Origin: an uncultured beta proteobacterium
Lineage (GTDB): Bacteria > Pseudomonadota > Gammaproteobacteria > Burkholderiales > Rhodocyclaceae
Direction of reading: 5' to 3'
Length of the DNA stretch: 64,000 nt
Assembly (NCBI GenBank): GCA_963709555.1
Contig: CAVPWR010000008.1
Coordinates: forward strand, 503,573 to 567,572
Shown: positions 1-8,988 of the stretch, piece after piece
Layout of the letters: each line of letters opens with the position of its first letter
Numbering within the stretch: position 1 is the stretch's first letter
The notes under the pieces: generated by a model
Seen by the model: the letters and a program-made list of their open reading frames with translations, nothing else
Told to the model about the DNA's origin: nothing
Databases searched by the model: none
Program-made: the position numbers and the translations under genes

Positions 1-705
1 GGGCGGACGGCGGACGAAGCGGTATCCCTGGTGCCGCTGATCTACTCGCTCTGCGGCCAGGCGCAGGGCATCGCCGCGCGGGCGGCGCTGGCCGCGGCGC
101 GTGGGACGGAGACGGCGCCGCATTTCGACGCCCGAGTGGCCGCCGAGGCGTTGCGCGAGCATGCGTGGAAGCTGCTGGTCGATTGGCCGCAGGCCGCGGG
201 CCTGCCTCCGGACAAGGCGTTGTTCGTGCGCGTGGCGAAGACCGCCCCGGGCGCGGGCGCGGCGCTTGCCGGGGAACTGCGCGAGCATCCCGGCATTGCC
301 GGGTTGAGGCTGGCGGTGCAGCCGCCGCGGGGAGCGGAGGGCGCTGCTGGTGCCAGTGTGTTCGGCGAGCGCATCGCGGCGCGCCTCGCCGAGGCTTGCG
401 CCCTGCTCGAAGGTGCCGGCAGCATGGCCGGCCTGGTCGCGGCGACGCCGCTGGGGCCTGGCCGTGGCCGCGCCACCGTCGAGACGGCGCGCGGTGAGCT
501 GGTGCACGAGCTCGGTCTGGACAGGGGGCGCATCGCCATCTACCGCATCGTCGCGCCGACCGACCGGCTGTTCGCCGGCGACGGTCCGCTGCCGGCCCTG
601 CTGCTGGGCCGCCCGCCGGCCGGCGCCGGCGATGTGGCGCAATGGGTCGGGCGCATCGTGATGGCGCTCGATCCCTGTGTGCCGTGGGAGTTGGAACTGG
701 CCTGA
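1..705 (+). CDS. hupK: HupK/HoxV-like hydrogenase accessory protein (5' end outside the window)
   Basis: Motifs PLIYSLCGQAQ, EALREH, ETARGELVH, YRIVAPT and a C-terminal ALDPC resemble a degenerate NiFe large-subunit fold; the frame is open from the window start. Confidence 0.75.
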   Translation, partial: GRTADEAVSLVPLIYSLCGQAQGIAARAALAAARGTETAPHFDARVAAEALREHAWKLLVDWPQAAGLPPDKALFVRVAKTAPGAGAALAGELREHPGIAGLRLAVQPPRGAEGAAGASVFGERIAARLAEACALLEGAGSMAGLVAATPLGPGRGRATVETARGELVHELGLDRGRIAIYRIVAPTDRLFAGDGPLPALLLGRPPAGAGDVAQWVGRIVMALDPCVPWELELA

Positions 706-757
706 CGCAGCCCGGCCGCTCCGCCGCGCGGTGCGCAGCGGGGCGGCCGCTCGCGCC

Positions 758-1648
758 TTACTGCAGCTGCTGGATGCCGGCCAGCAGCCAGCCCTTGCTG
801 CCGTCGCTGGGTTTGACCAGATGCCAGACCTCGTCGATCGCCTCGACTGGGCCGTCGCGGTCCTCGCGGATGGAACCGCCGAAGCGGACACTGACGACGT
901 AGCGGCTGTCCTCCTCCACCACCTCGATGACGTCGGCCTCGATGGCGACGACGTCGGTTTCCTGCGTGGCACCACCGCGTTCGGAGATGTTCATGCGGAT
1001 CTCGGCGTACATCTCGGGAGTGGTGAACTCGCGGATGTCGTCGAGGTTGCCGGCGTCGTTCGCCGCCTGCAGCCGGATGAAGTTGACCTTGGCGTTGCGG
1101 ACGAAGCCGGCGACGTCGAAGTCGGCAGGGATGCGGCCAGCGGCAGCCGCCGGCGCGGCGGCGGAACCGGGCATCGCGACGTCGAAGGCGCGGGGTGCCG
1201 TGCCGGCGTTGGCCGCGCTGCTGGCGGCGTACTGCAGGCCGCCCGCTGCCGGCTGCTGCGCAGCGGCACGACGCCGCATGATGAAGCCGATGGCCACCAT
1301 CACCGCCATGACCAGCAGGCCGATCATCAGCATGGAGGCCAGTTCCTCGCCGAAGCCGAAGTGGGAGGCGAGCGCGGCCAGGCCGAGGCCGGCGGCGAGG
1401 CCGGCGAGCGGGCCCATCCACGAACGCTTGGGTTGCGCCTGCGCCGCGCCAGCCGCTGCCGGGGCCTTGGCCGACGCCGTCGAGGCGGCGGGGGCCGGTG
1501 CTGCGCTGGGGGCCTTGTCGGGCGCAGTCATCTGGCGTTGCATGCCGGCGGACTTGCCGGCGCCGAGGCGTTTGGCCGCTTCGGCATCGCCGGCGGTGAT
1601 GGTGAGGCCGAGGGAAAGGACAACGGCCAGTAGCGAGAGCGTCTTCAT
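758..1648 (-). CDS. Tim44-like domain protein
   Basis: Signal peptide plus AKRLGAGKSAG, MGPLAGLAAGLGLAAL, and a C-terminal F..LQAA.D...E.WHL....W.LAGIQQ Tim44 domain; AGGAG RBS. Confidence 0.88.
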   Translation of the reverse strand: MKTLSLLAVVLSLGLTITAGDAEAAKRLGAGKSAGMQRQMTAPDKAPSAAPAPAASTASAKAPAAAGAAQAQPKRSWMGPLAGLAAGLGLAALASHFGFGEELASMLMIGLLVMAVMVAIGFIMRRRAAAQQPAAGGLQYAASSAANAGTAPRAFDVAMPGSAAAPAAAAGRIPADFDVAGFVRNAKVNFIRLQAANDAGNLDDIREFTTPEMYAEIRMNISERGGATQETDVVAIEADVIEVVEEDSRYVVSVRFGGSIREDRDGPVEAIDEVWHLVKPSDGSKGWLLAGIQQLQ

Positions 1649-1733
1649 GTATGTCTCCTGTCGGTATGGTTGCGACGGCGACAGGTTAGCTCGTCCTCAA
1701 TGCAAATAAAAACAGAAAGATTGGTAATGAGTG

Positions 1734-1748
1734 ATCGAAAAAAACTTA
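1734..1748. promoter_or_regulatory. Putative NhaR/LysR-type box upstream of the tim44-like gene
   Basis: ATCGAAAAAAACTTA in an AT-rich tract; degenerate version of the boxes at 3903 and 5663. Confidence 0.5.
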
Positions 1749-1766
1749 CGGTATCGCGCGCCGGGA

Positions 1767-2009
1767 TCAGGCGCGCCGGTCCCCCGGCGGTGGCGCCAGG
1801 CCGGCGGCCGGCGGATCTGCCATCAGTCGCAGGGCGATGAAAATGCCGATGAGGACATTGCCGAGGGCGAAGGCGGCCAGCATCAGGGTGACGGCGACTG
1901 GCAGGTCGTGGGCACGCAGGACAAACGAAATCGCCGACGAGAGAGCGTTGAGCAGGATCAGCAGCCAGAACAGCGGATTGCGGGGCTGGATCAGGCGCGA
2001 CAGCTTCAA
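1767..2009 (-). CDS. Small hypothetical membrane protein (2 TM); start uncertain
   Basis: Hydrophobic ORF (RNPLFWLLILLNALSSAISFVL...) between terC and the tim44-like gene, same strand. Confidence 0.6.
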   Translation of the reverse strand: MKLSRLIQPRNPLFWLLILLNALSSAISFVLRAHDLPVAVTLMLAAFALGNVLIGIFIALRLMADPPAAGLAPPPGDRRA

Positions 2010-2093
2010 TGGCTGACTCGTTTCCTGCCGCTGCGGTTTTCCGCGCAAGTGTGCCGGACGGGGGCAAACAGGGGCATTGCGCGCAACGCCCCT

Positions 2094-2843
2094 TCAGCTC
2101 GATTCGCGGACATACGGCTCGCGCAGCTCGACCGGCTTCACCACCTTCTTGCGCATGCGGATGTTGAGCATCTCGACGCCGACCGAGAAGGCCATGGCGA
2201 AGTAGATGTAGCCCTTCGGCACATGGTGGCCGAAGCCGTCCGCGATCAGCACGACGCCGACGACGACGAGGAATGACAGCGCCAGCATCTTGATGGTCGG
2301 GTGGTCCGAGACGAAGCGGCCGATGGCGCCGGCGAACAGCATCATCAGGCCGACCGAGACGACCACGGCGGCGATCATCACCGCCACCTCGCTGACCATG
2401 CCGACGGCGGTGATGATCGAGTCGAGCGAGAAGACCAGGTCGATCACCATGATCTGGGCGATGACGCCGGCGAAGCTGGCGGCGACGGAGCGCGATTCCG
2501 CGCCTTCTTCGCCCTCGAGCAGCTGGTGCACCTCGCCGGTGCTCTTCCAGATCAGGAACAGGCCGCCGGAAATCAGGATCAGGTCGCGCCCCGAGATCTC
2601 GAAGCTGGTCACCGTGAATACCGGCTCGGTCAGGCCGACGATCCAGGACAGCAGCAGCAGCAGCGCGATGCGCATGAACATCGCCAGGAACAGGCCGATG
2701 CGGCGGGCCAGCTCCTGCTTTTCCTTCGGCAGCTTGTCGACGAGGATGGAAATGAAAATGATGTTGTCGATGCCGAGGACGAGCTCCAGCGCGGTCAGCG
2801 TGAAGAAGGCGATCCAGATTTCGGGGTTGAGCAGGAGTTCCAT
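2094..2843 (-). CDS. terC: TerC family membrane protein
   Basis: LELVLGIDN, DLVFSLDS and KGYIYFAM motifs. Confidence 0.92.
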   Translation of the reverse strand: MELLLNPEIWIAFFTLTALELVLGIDNIIFISILVDKLPKEKQELARRIGLFLAMFMRIALLLLLSWIVGLTEPVFTVTSFEISGRDLILISGGLFLIWKSTGEVHQLLEGEEGAESRSVAASFAGVIAQIMVIDLVFSLDSIITAVGMVSEVAVMIAAVVVSVGLMMLFAGAIGRFVSDHPTIKMLALSFLVVVGVVLIADGFGHHVPKGYIYFAMAFSVGVEMLNIRMRKKVVKPVELREPYVRESS

Positions 2844-2874
2844 GATGGCGAGATGTCGGGCGGTTAACGTGAAA

Positions 2875-2903
2875 CCGGCTCCCTCGATGCGGAAGCCGGT
2901 GGC
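2875..2903 (-). terminator. Hairpin (weak terminator or attenuator) between htpX and terC
   Basis: ACCGGCT...AGCCGGT stem followed by a short T run on the minus strand. Confidence 0.4.
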
Positions 2904-2936
2904 GGCGGTGGTGGCTGGTAGTGCGTACGGCGTGCG

Positions 2937-3818
2937 TCAGTGCGCGCGGCTGGCGAGCGCGGCGATGCGCTCTTCCAGCGGCGGGTGGCTGGAGAACAGC
3001 GCCATCCAGCCCGGGCGGCCGTTGATGCCGGCGGTGGCGACGTTCTGCGGCAGCTCGCCCGCTTCCATGCCGCCGAGGCGGCGCAGCGCGGCCATCATCG
3101 GCTGCGGCGTGCCCATCAGCTGCGCGGCGCCGGCATCGGCGCGGAATTCGCGCTGGCGCGAGAACCACATGACGACGATGCTGGCGAGGATGCCGAAGAC
3201 GATGTCGCAGACCACGACGGTGACCATGTAGCCGATGCCGGGGCCGGAGGACTCGGAGTCGCCCCGGCGCAGGAAGGAATCGACCAGATAGCCGACGACG
3301 CGGGCGAGGAAAAAGACGAAGGTGTTGACCACACCCTGGATCAGGGTCAGCGTCACCATGTCGCCGTTGGCGATGTGGGCCACCTCGTGGGCGATCACCG
3401 CCTCGGCCTCCTCGCGCGTCATGGTCTGCAGCAGGCCGGTCGAAACCGCGACCAGAGAGCTGCTGCGGCTGGCGCCGGTGGCGAAGGCGTTGGGCTCGCC
3501 CTCGTAGATCGCCACCTCGGGCATCGGCAGGCCGGCCTTTTCGGAAAAGCGGCGCACGGTGTCGACCAGCCAGAATTCGCTCGAGTTCTGCGGCGACTCG
3601 ATGACGCGGGCGCCGGTGCTCCACTTGGCGATGGTCTTCGACATCCACAGCGACAGGAAGGAGCCGCCGAAGCCCATGATCGCGGCGAAAAACAGCAACT
3701 TGCCGAGGTCGAGGCCAGTGCCGGTAAAGAACCTGTTGGCGCCGGTGAGCGTGGTGACAATGCCCAGCACGAGCATGATGGCGAGGTTGGTGCCGATGAG
3801 CAGCATGACGCGCTTCAT
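2937..3818 (-). CDS. htpX: Zinc metalloprotease HtpX
   Basis: PNAFATG, HEVAH zinc motif, [29 protein letters not shown]. Confidence 0.95.
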   Translation of the reverse strand: MKRVMLLIGTNLAIMLVLGIVTTLTGANRFFTGTGLDLGKLLFFAAIMGFGGSFLSLWMSKTIAKWSTGARVIESPQNSSEFWLVDTVRRFSEKAGLPMPEVAIYEGEPNAFATGASRSSSLVAVSTGLLQTMTREEAEAVIAHEVAHIANGDMVTLTLIQGVVNTFVFFLARVVGYLVDSFLRRGDSESSGPGIGYMVTVVVCDIVFGILASIVVMWFSRQREFRADAGAAQLMGTPQPMMAALRRLGGMEAGELPQNVATAGINGRPGWMALFSSHPPLEERIAALASRAH

Positions 3819-3871
3819 GGAATAACTCCTTCGAGAACTTACGAATGCACTAGTCTAAATATCCTGGAGAC

Positions 3872-3917
3872 ATCGCGCAAATCGAATATTATTTAACTAA
3901 CAATCGAAAATTACGAT
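3872..3917. promoter_or_regulatory. Tandem LysR-type (NhaR) boxes in the divergent htpX/nhaR promoter
   Basis: Perfect ATCG-N7-CGAT (T-N11-A core) at 3903-3917 and ATCG-N7-CGAA at 3872-3886. Confidence 0.7.
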
Positions 3918-3928
3918 ATATCAATCCG

Positions 3929-4852
3929 ATGGCGAATCTCAACTACAAGCACCTGCGCTATTTCTGGATGGTGGCCAAGGCCGGCAGCATCGCGCGCGCC
4001 AGCGAGCGGTTGCACCTGACGCCGCAGTCGATCAGCGGCCAGCTGGGGGAATTCGAGGCGGCACTGGGCGTCGATCTGTTCCGCCGCGTCGGGCGCGGCC
4101 TCGAACTGACCGAAACGGGGCAACGCATGCTCGGCTACGCCGAACAGATTTTCGCCCTCGGCGACGAAATGCTCGAGTCGGTGCAGGACGATTCGGTACA
4201 GAGCATGCCGTTCCGCGTCGGCATCGCCGACTCGGTGCCGAAGATGGTGGCCTACCGCCTGGTCGAGCCATCGCTGCGGCTCGACGAGCCGGTCCGCCTG
4301 ATCTGCCGCGAAGGGCGGCTGGCCACCTTGCTCGGCGACCTGGCGGTGCACCGCCTCGACATGGTGATCGCCGACCGGCCGATGCCCGAGAACCTCAACG
4401 TGCGTGGCTACGACCACTTCCTCGGCGAGAGCGGCGTCACGGTGTTCGGCGCCCCAGCCTTACTGGGGCGGGCGGAGCGTCCCTTCCCGCAGCTGCTCGA
4501 CGGCACGCCCTTCCTCCTGCCTGGTGCCGATGTCGCCCTGCACGCGCGGCTGATGCGCTGGTTCGAGGCGCAGCGGCTGCACCCGCGCATCGTCGGCGAA
4601 TTCGACGACAGCGCGCTGCTGATGGCCTTCGGCCAGGTCGGCGCCGGCCTGTTCGTGGCACCGACGGCGATCGAAAGCCACATCGTCGAACAGCACCATG
4701 TCCAGGTGATCGGCCGCATCGAGGCGGTGCGCGAACAGATCTTCGCCATCACCACCGAGCGCCGCCTGACCCATCCGATCACCGCGGCCATCTGCCAGCT
4801 GGCCCAGCATGACATTTTCGGCAGCGCACCGGCGCGGCGGAAGAAGAAATGA
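3929..4852 (+). CDS. nhaR: LysR-family transcriptional activator NhaR
   Basis: LNYKHLRYFW...LHLTPQSISGQL HTH; GIADSVPK, EFDDSAL, ERRLTHP. Confidence 0.92.
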   Translation: MANLNYKHLRYFWMVAKAGSIARASERLHLTPQSISGQLGEFEAALGVDLFRRVGRGLELTETGQRMLGYAEQIFALGDEMLESVQDDSVQSMPFRVGIADSVPKMVAYRLVEPSLRLDEPVRLICREGRLATLLGDLAVHRLDMVIADRPMPENLNVRGYDHFLGESGVTVFGAPALLGRAERPFPQLLDGTPFLLPGADVALHARLMRWFEAQRLHPRIVGEFDDSALLMAFGQVGAGLFVAPTAIESHIVEQHHVQVIGRIEAVREQIFAITTERRLTHPITAAICQLAQHDIFGSAPARRKKK

Positions 4853-4885
4853 AATCGCCTTGGTCGCGCCGGGATTGCTGCGTTA

Positions 4886-5560
4886 TCAGTCGCTGCTGTT
4901 CATGAAGCCGAGCAGTTGCAGCAGGCTGGTGAAGAGGTTGAATATGGAAACGAACAGGGTCACGGTGGCCATGACATAGTTGGTCTCGCCGCCGTGGATG
5001 ATGTTGCTCGTTTCATAGAGGATCAGTCCCGACATCAGCAGCACGAAGGCGGCGGAAACGGTCAGCGACAGCGCCGGGATCTCGAAGAAGATCGCGGCGA
5101 GCCCGGCGAGGAAGGCGAGCAGGATGCCGACCATGAGGAAGCCGCCCATGAAGCTGAAGTCCTTGCGCGTGGTCAGGGCGTAGCCGGAAAGGCCGAGGAA
5201 GATCGCGGCGGTGCCGGCCATGGCCATCATCACGGTCTGGCCGCCGTTGGGCAGGCCGAGGTAGTGGCTGACGATGGGGCCGAGGGTATAGCCCATGAAA
5301 CCGGTCAGGGCGAAGACCGACACCAGACCCCAGCCGCTGTTGCGCAGCTTGGTGGTGGCGAAGAGCAGGCCGAAGTAGCCGACCAGGGTGATGATCAGTC
5401 CGGGATGCGGCAACTTCATCGCCACCGCGGCGGCGGCGGCGACGGCAGCGAACAGCAGCGTCATCGACAGCAGCATGTAGGTGTTGCGGATCACCTTGTT
5501 GGTGGCCAGCACGGATTCGCTGCCGCCGTGGGGCAGGACAATGGCTTGCAGGTTCTTCAT
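4886..5560 (-). CDS. yccA: Bax inhibitor-1/YccA family protein
   Basis: NKVIRNTYMLLS, FTGFMGYTLGP-like segment, ETSNIIHGGETNY. Confidence 0.93.
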   Translation of the reverse strand: MKNLQAIVLPHGGSESVLATNKVIRNTYMLLSMTLLFAAVAAAAAVAMKLPHPGLIITLVGYFGLLFATTKLRNSGWGLVSVFALTGFMGYTLGPIVSHYLGLPNGGQTVMMAMAGTAAIFLGLSGYALTTRKDFSFMGGFLMVGILLAFLAGLAAIFFEIPALSLTVSAAFVLLMSGLILYETSNIIHGGETNYVMATVTLFVSIFNLFTSLLQLLGFMNSSD

Positions 5561-5662
5561 CGGGTTTCCTCGCTATCGGTAACTGGACGGTTTACGGATC
5601 AATGCAGTCAGATTGTAGGGGCGTGACTTATCCAAATCCAGTCGATTAGTATTTGGATATAC

Positions 5663-5677
5663 ATCGAAAAAGTCGAC
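5663..5677. promoter_or_regulatory. Putative NhaR box upstream of yccA
   Basis: ATCGAAAAAGTCGAC, matching the 3903 box; a second half-site CGAT lies at 5643-5646. Confidence 0.6.
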
Positions 5678-5733
5678 GTATTTAGGGGCTGCCGGGGGGC
5701 TGCCGGGCGCAGCCGATCCAGCCCCGGCTTTCC

Positions 5734-6961
5734 CTACTTCTGGTTATCCCTTGCGGACAGGGCCTCGTCTGCAATGGCACCGGAGGCCCGGCGCGAAGCT
5801 CGCTGCCGCCACCACAGCATCATTGTGGCGATGGCGGTGATGGTCACGGCCGGAATGGCGATCAGGTTCAGGGTGTTCCAGCCCTCGCCAGTGATGAGTA
5901 CGCCGCTGGAGAGCGAGGTGATGCCCTGCACGGCGAAGACGAGGAAGTCGTTGAAGCCCTGCGCCTTGGCCTTTTCCTCCGGGCGGTAGGTCTCGGTCAG
6001 CAGCGTGGTGCCGCCGATGTAGAGGAAGTTCCAGCCGACGCCGAGCAGGGTCAGTGCCCACCAGAAATGCATCACCGAGGCGCCGGAAAGCGCGATGGCG
6101 ATGCAAGCAAAGTTCAGCAGCGCGCCGGTAAACAGTATCGGCAGGGTACCGAAGCGACGGATCAGGTGGCCGGTGAAGAAGGACGGCGCGAACATGCCGA
6201 TGACGTGCCATTCGAGGACGAAGGCCGCATCGGCGAAGGGATAGCGGCAGAGGTCCATGGCAATCGGCGTCGCCGTCATCAGCAGGTTCATCACGCCGTA
6301 GCCGCAGGCAGCCGCGAGCACGGCGACGATGAACCTAGGCTGGCGAGCGATCTCGGCCAGCGGCCGGCCTTTGGCGTGCTGCTCGGTGCTGGACAGCGGC
6401 GGGATGTCGAGGCGGCTGGCGAGCAGCAGCGAGAGAAAGGCGAACACCGCCAGCACCAGGTAGCTGGCCATGAAGGTCGGCTCGAGTAAGGTTCGCGTGT
6501 GCGTAGACAGCGCCGGCCCGATCACGCCGCCGAGGATGCCGCCGGCCAGGGTCAGCGAGATGGCGCGGCTCTTCCAGGTCGAACTCGGCGGCGTCGGCGG
6601 CGGCGAAGCGGTACTGCTGGCCGAAGGCGTTGTAGGCACCGGCCATCAGCGTGCCGCCGCAGAGCAGCCAGAAACTGCCGATGGAAACGGCGAAGGCGCT
6701 GGTCAGCGCGCCGGCCATGCCGAAGGTCGAGCCGAGCATGAAGCCTGCGCGGCGGCCGTGGCGCTTCATGAAGAAGGCGGCCGGCAGGGTGGTCAGCGCC
6801 GCGCCGATGACATAGGCGGTGACCGGGAAGGTCGCCAGCCACAAAGTCGGCGCCAGCGACACGCCGACCAGGCCGTTGACGGCGACGAGGGTGACGCCGT
6901 TGGTGAGGAGGAATCCTTGTGCTACGGCGAGGAGAAGAATGTTGCGTTGGGTAGCCCGCAT
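5734..6961 (-). pseudogene. MFS transporter with a single frameshift near 6590 (real lesion or sequencing error)
   Basis: N-half in ORF 6335-6961 (..QQYRFAAAD) continues in ORF 5734-6639 (STWKSRAISL..WHVIGMFAPSFFTG). Confidence 0.8.
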
Positions 6962-7050
6962 CGGGACCCAGTGTAGCGGATGGGTCCCGCTTTAGCCGAT
7001 AGGTTATATCCATTCACCTATCGGCAGGTTTTCGGGGAGCGGATACGCCG

Positions 7051-7578
7051 TCAGCGGCCGCCGCGGGCTCCACCGCCACCGCCACCGCCACCGCCACCGC
7101 CACCTGCGCCCTTACCCATGCCGCTTCCAAAGCCGCCAGCCTGGCCGCCACTATTGCCACCGCCTTGGCCAGAGCCTTGGCCACCGCCTTGGCCAGCGCC
7201 TTGACCACCGCCTTGGCCACCGCCTTGACGCATTTCCTGATTTTGGTAGCGGTTCGCTTCGCGAGCCTGGTTCTGGGCTTGCTGTTGGTTACGCTTGGCT
7301 TCTTGCTCGGAGCGGCCCGCTTCGCGCTGTTCCTGTGTCAAGGCGGAGCGCTGTTCGCTGGCGCGAACCTGATCGCGCTCCTGCTGACGCGCTTGTTCAC
7401 GAATGAGCTCGGCGCTCATGCCGGGATCCTGTTTTTGGACTTGCTGCCGAGTTTGATCGCGGGTCTGGGTTTGCACTTGGTCGCGATTGGTTGCAGGGGC
7501 GGGGACGTCCTGTCCCCAAGCCGCCGCTGTCGTGGCGAGACAGCCTACGATCGCCATAGTCATTCGGTTCGCTTTCAT
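7051..7578 (-). CDS. Exported low-complexity Gln/Arg-rich protein with a Gly-Gln tail
   Basis: GGAG RBS, signal peptide (MKANRMTMAIVGCLATTAAAWG), QxRxQ repeats, 12-bp GGCCAAGGCGGT-type tandem repeats. Confidence 0.7.
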   Translation of the reverse strand: MKANRMTMAIVGCLATTAAAWGQDVPAPATNRDQVQTQTRDQTRQQVQKQDPGMSAELIREQARQQERDQVRASEQRSALTQEQREAGRSEQEAKRNQQQAQNQAREANRYQNQEMRQGGGQGGGQGAGQGGGQGSGQGGGNSGGQAGGFGSGMGKGAGGGGGGGGGGGGARGGR

Positions 7579-7693
7579 GATGTTCTCCGTCAATTGTTGG
7601 AATGAGTGCATGGATGCACCGAAGCGAATGATGATTTCCCTCCGTCACGACAATATGTCAGCACGGTCACAATGTGTTTCGATTTGTAAGGGA

Positions 7694-8899
7694 TTATTCC
7701 GAGCGAAGCGCCTCCAGCGGATCGAGCATCGCCGCATGGCGGGCCGGCATCACGCCGGCGACAAGGCCGATCAGGATGGCGGAAACCTCGGCGGCGATCG
7801 CGTAGCTCCATGGCGTGTGCACGGGCAGCGCCGGCACGGCGACGGCGAGGATGCCGGTGATGCCCCAGCCCAGCGCCAGGCCGGCGGCGCCGCCGAGGGC
7901 GGCGAGCACGGCGGCCTCGCCGAGGAACAGCAGCAGGATGCCGCGCTGGGTGGCGCCGATGGCGCGCAGCAGGCCGATCTCGCCGGTGCGCTCGGACACT
8001 GCGATGGTGAGGATGGTGAGGATGCCGACGCCGCCGACCAGCAGCGAGATGCCGCCGATGGCGCCGACGGCGAAGGTGATGGCATTGAGCACGGTGCCGA
8101 ATACTTCCAGCATCTTCTGCTGCGGTGTGATGGTGAAGTCCTCGCGGCCGTGGCGCGCGACGAGCGTGCGGCGGATGCTCTCCTCGACCACTGGCAGCGG
8201 CGTGGTCGGGTCGTAGGTCAGGTGAATCTCGGCCAGGCTTTCGCGGTTGAACATTTCCAGCGCGCGGCCGACGGGGATGTAGACCGTGTCGTCGAGGTCG
8301 AAGCCGAGCACCTGGCCCTTGGGGGCCATGACGCCGACGACGCGGTAGCGTTCGCCACCGACGCGGATGCGCGCACCGAGCGGGCTTTCGCCGGGGAACA
8401 GCTCCTGCGCCACCTTGGAGCCGAGCACGACGAAGGCGCGCGCCGCGCGCGGGTCGTCGGCGGGCAGGTAGTCGCCGCTGGCGATCGTCATGCGCAGCGT
8501 GCGGTGGAAGGTATGGCCGGTGCCGTAGAGGGTGACGCGGCGCGAGCGCTTGCCGTTCTCGACGTCGGCATTGCCCTGCACCATGGGGTCGGACAGCAGG
8601 ATGTGCGGCGCATTCTGGAGCGCGATGGCGTCCTCGATCGACAGCGGCCGCACGGTGTTGATCGCGCCCAGCCCGCCGCCGCCGTGGGTACTGGTCTTGC
8701 CCGGCTGGATGCCGATGAGGTTGGTGCCGAACTGGGTGAACTCGTCGATGACGAAGCGGTGCAGGCCCTCGCCGATGCTGGTGAGCAGGATCACCGCGGC
8801 GATGCCGACGGCGATGCCGAGCGCGGTGAGGAAGGTGCGCAGCCGGTGGGCGACCAGCGATTTCCAGGCGAAGCGGATGAAGTCGGCGGTGCGCATCAT
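7694..8899 (-). CDS. MacB/FtsX-like ABC transporter permease 2
   Basis: RLRTFLTALGIAVGIAAV, GGISLLVGGVGI, ERTGEIGLLRAIGA, LDPLEALRSE. Confidence 0.93.
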   Translation of the reverse strand: MMRTADFIRFAWKSLVAHRLRTFLTALGIAVGIAAVILLTSIGEGLHRFVIDEFTQFGTNLIGIQPGKTSTHGGGGLGAINTVRPLSIEDAIALQNAPHILLSDPMVQGNADVENGKRSRRVTLYGTGHTFHRTLRMTIASGDYLPADDPRAARAFVVLGSKVAQELFPGESPLGARIRVGGERYRVVGVMAPKGQVLGFDLDDTVYIPVGRALEMFNRESLAEIHLTYDPTTPLPVVEESIRRTLVARHGREDFTITPQQKMLEVFGTVLNAITFAVGAIGGISLLVGGVGILTILTIAVSERTGEIGLLRAIGATQRGILLLFLGEAAVLAALGGAAGLALGWGITGILAVAVPALPVHTPWSYAIAAEVSAILIGLVAGVMPARHAAMLDPLEALRSE

Positions 8900-8988
8900 G
8901 CCCTCGCTGGGCCGCCCCAAGAGGGCATGCGCCCCCCCGTGGGGGGCAGCGAGTTGGGTTTGCGAGCGTGGGGAGCTATATGGGTCAT
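8896..8988 (-). repeat. Family-1 multi-hairpin repeat, copy A (30-aa mini-ORF between the two permeases)
   Basis: CCCCACGCTC..TCGCTGCCCCCCACGGGGGGG..TGGGGCGGCCC; ATGA overlaps at both ends. Confidence 0.85.

Noticed and set aside
15..30. CGAAGCGGTATCCC resembling the segment at 28595-28612
   Set aside because: It encodes ordinary HupK residues (DEAVSL); the short match is likely coincidental.
2844..2936. yybP-ykoY (Mn2+) riboswitch upstream of terC
   Set aside because: Only a simple hairpin is visible; I could not identify the conserved riboswitch core. An Rfam scan would settle it.
6580..6600. Programmed frameshift or phase variation in the MFS gene
   Set aside because: There is no slippery heptamer or homopolymer, and the window has many error-like indels.
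7065..7230. Tandem repeats as a possible CRISPR array
   Set aside because: They are 6-12 bp coding repeats without unique spacers, and there are no cas genes in the window.
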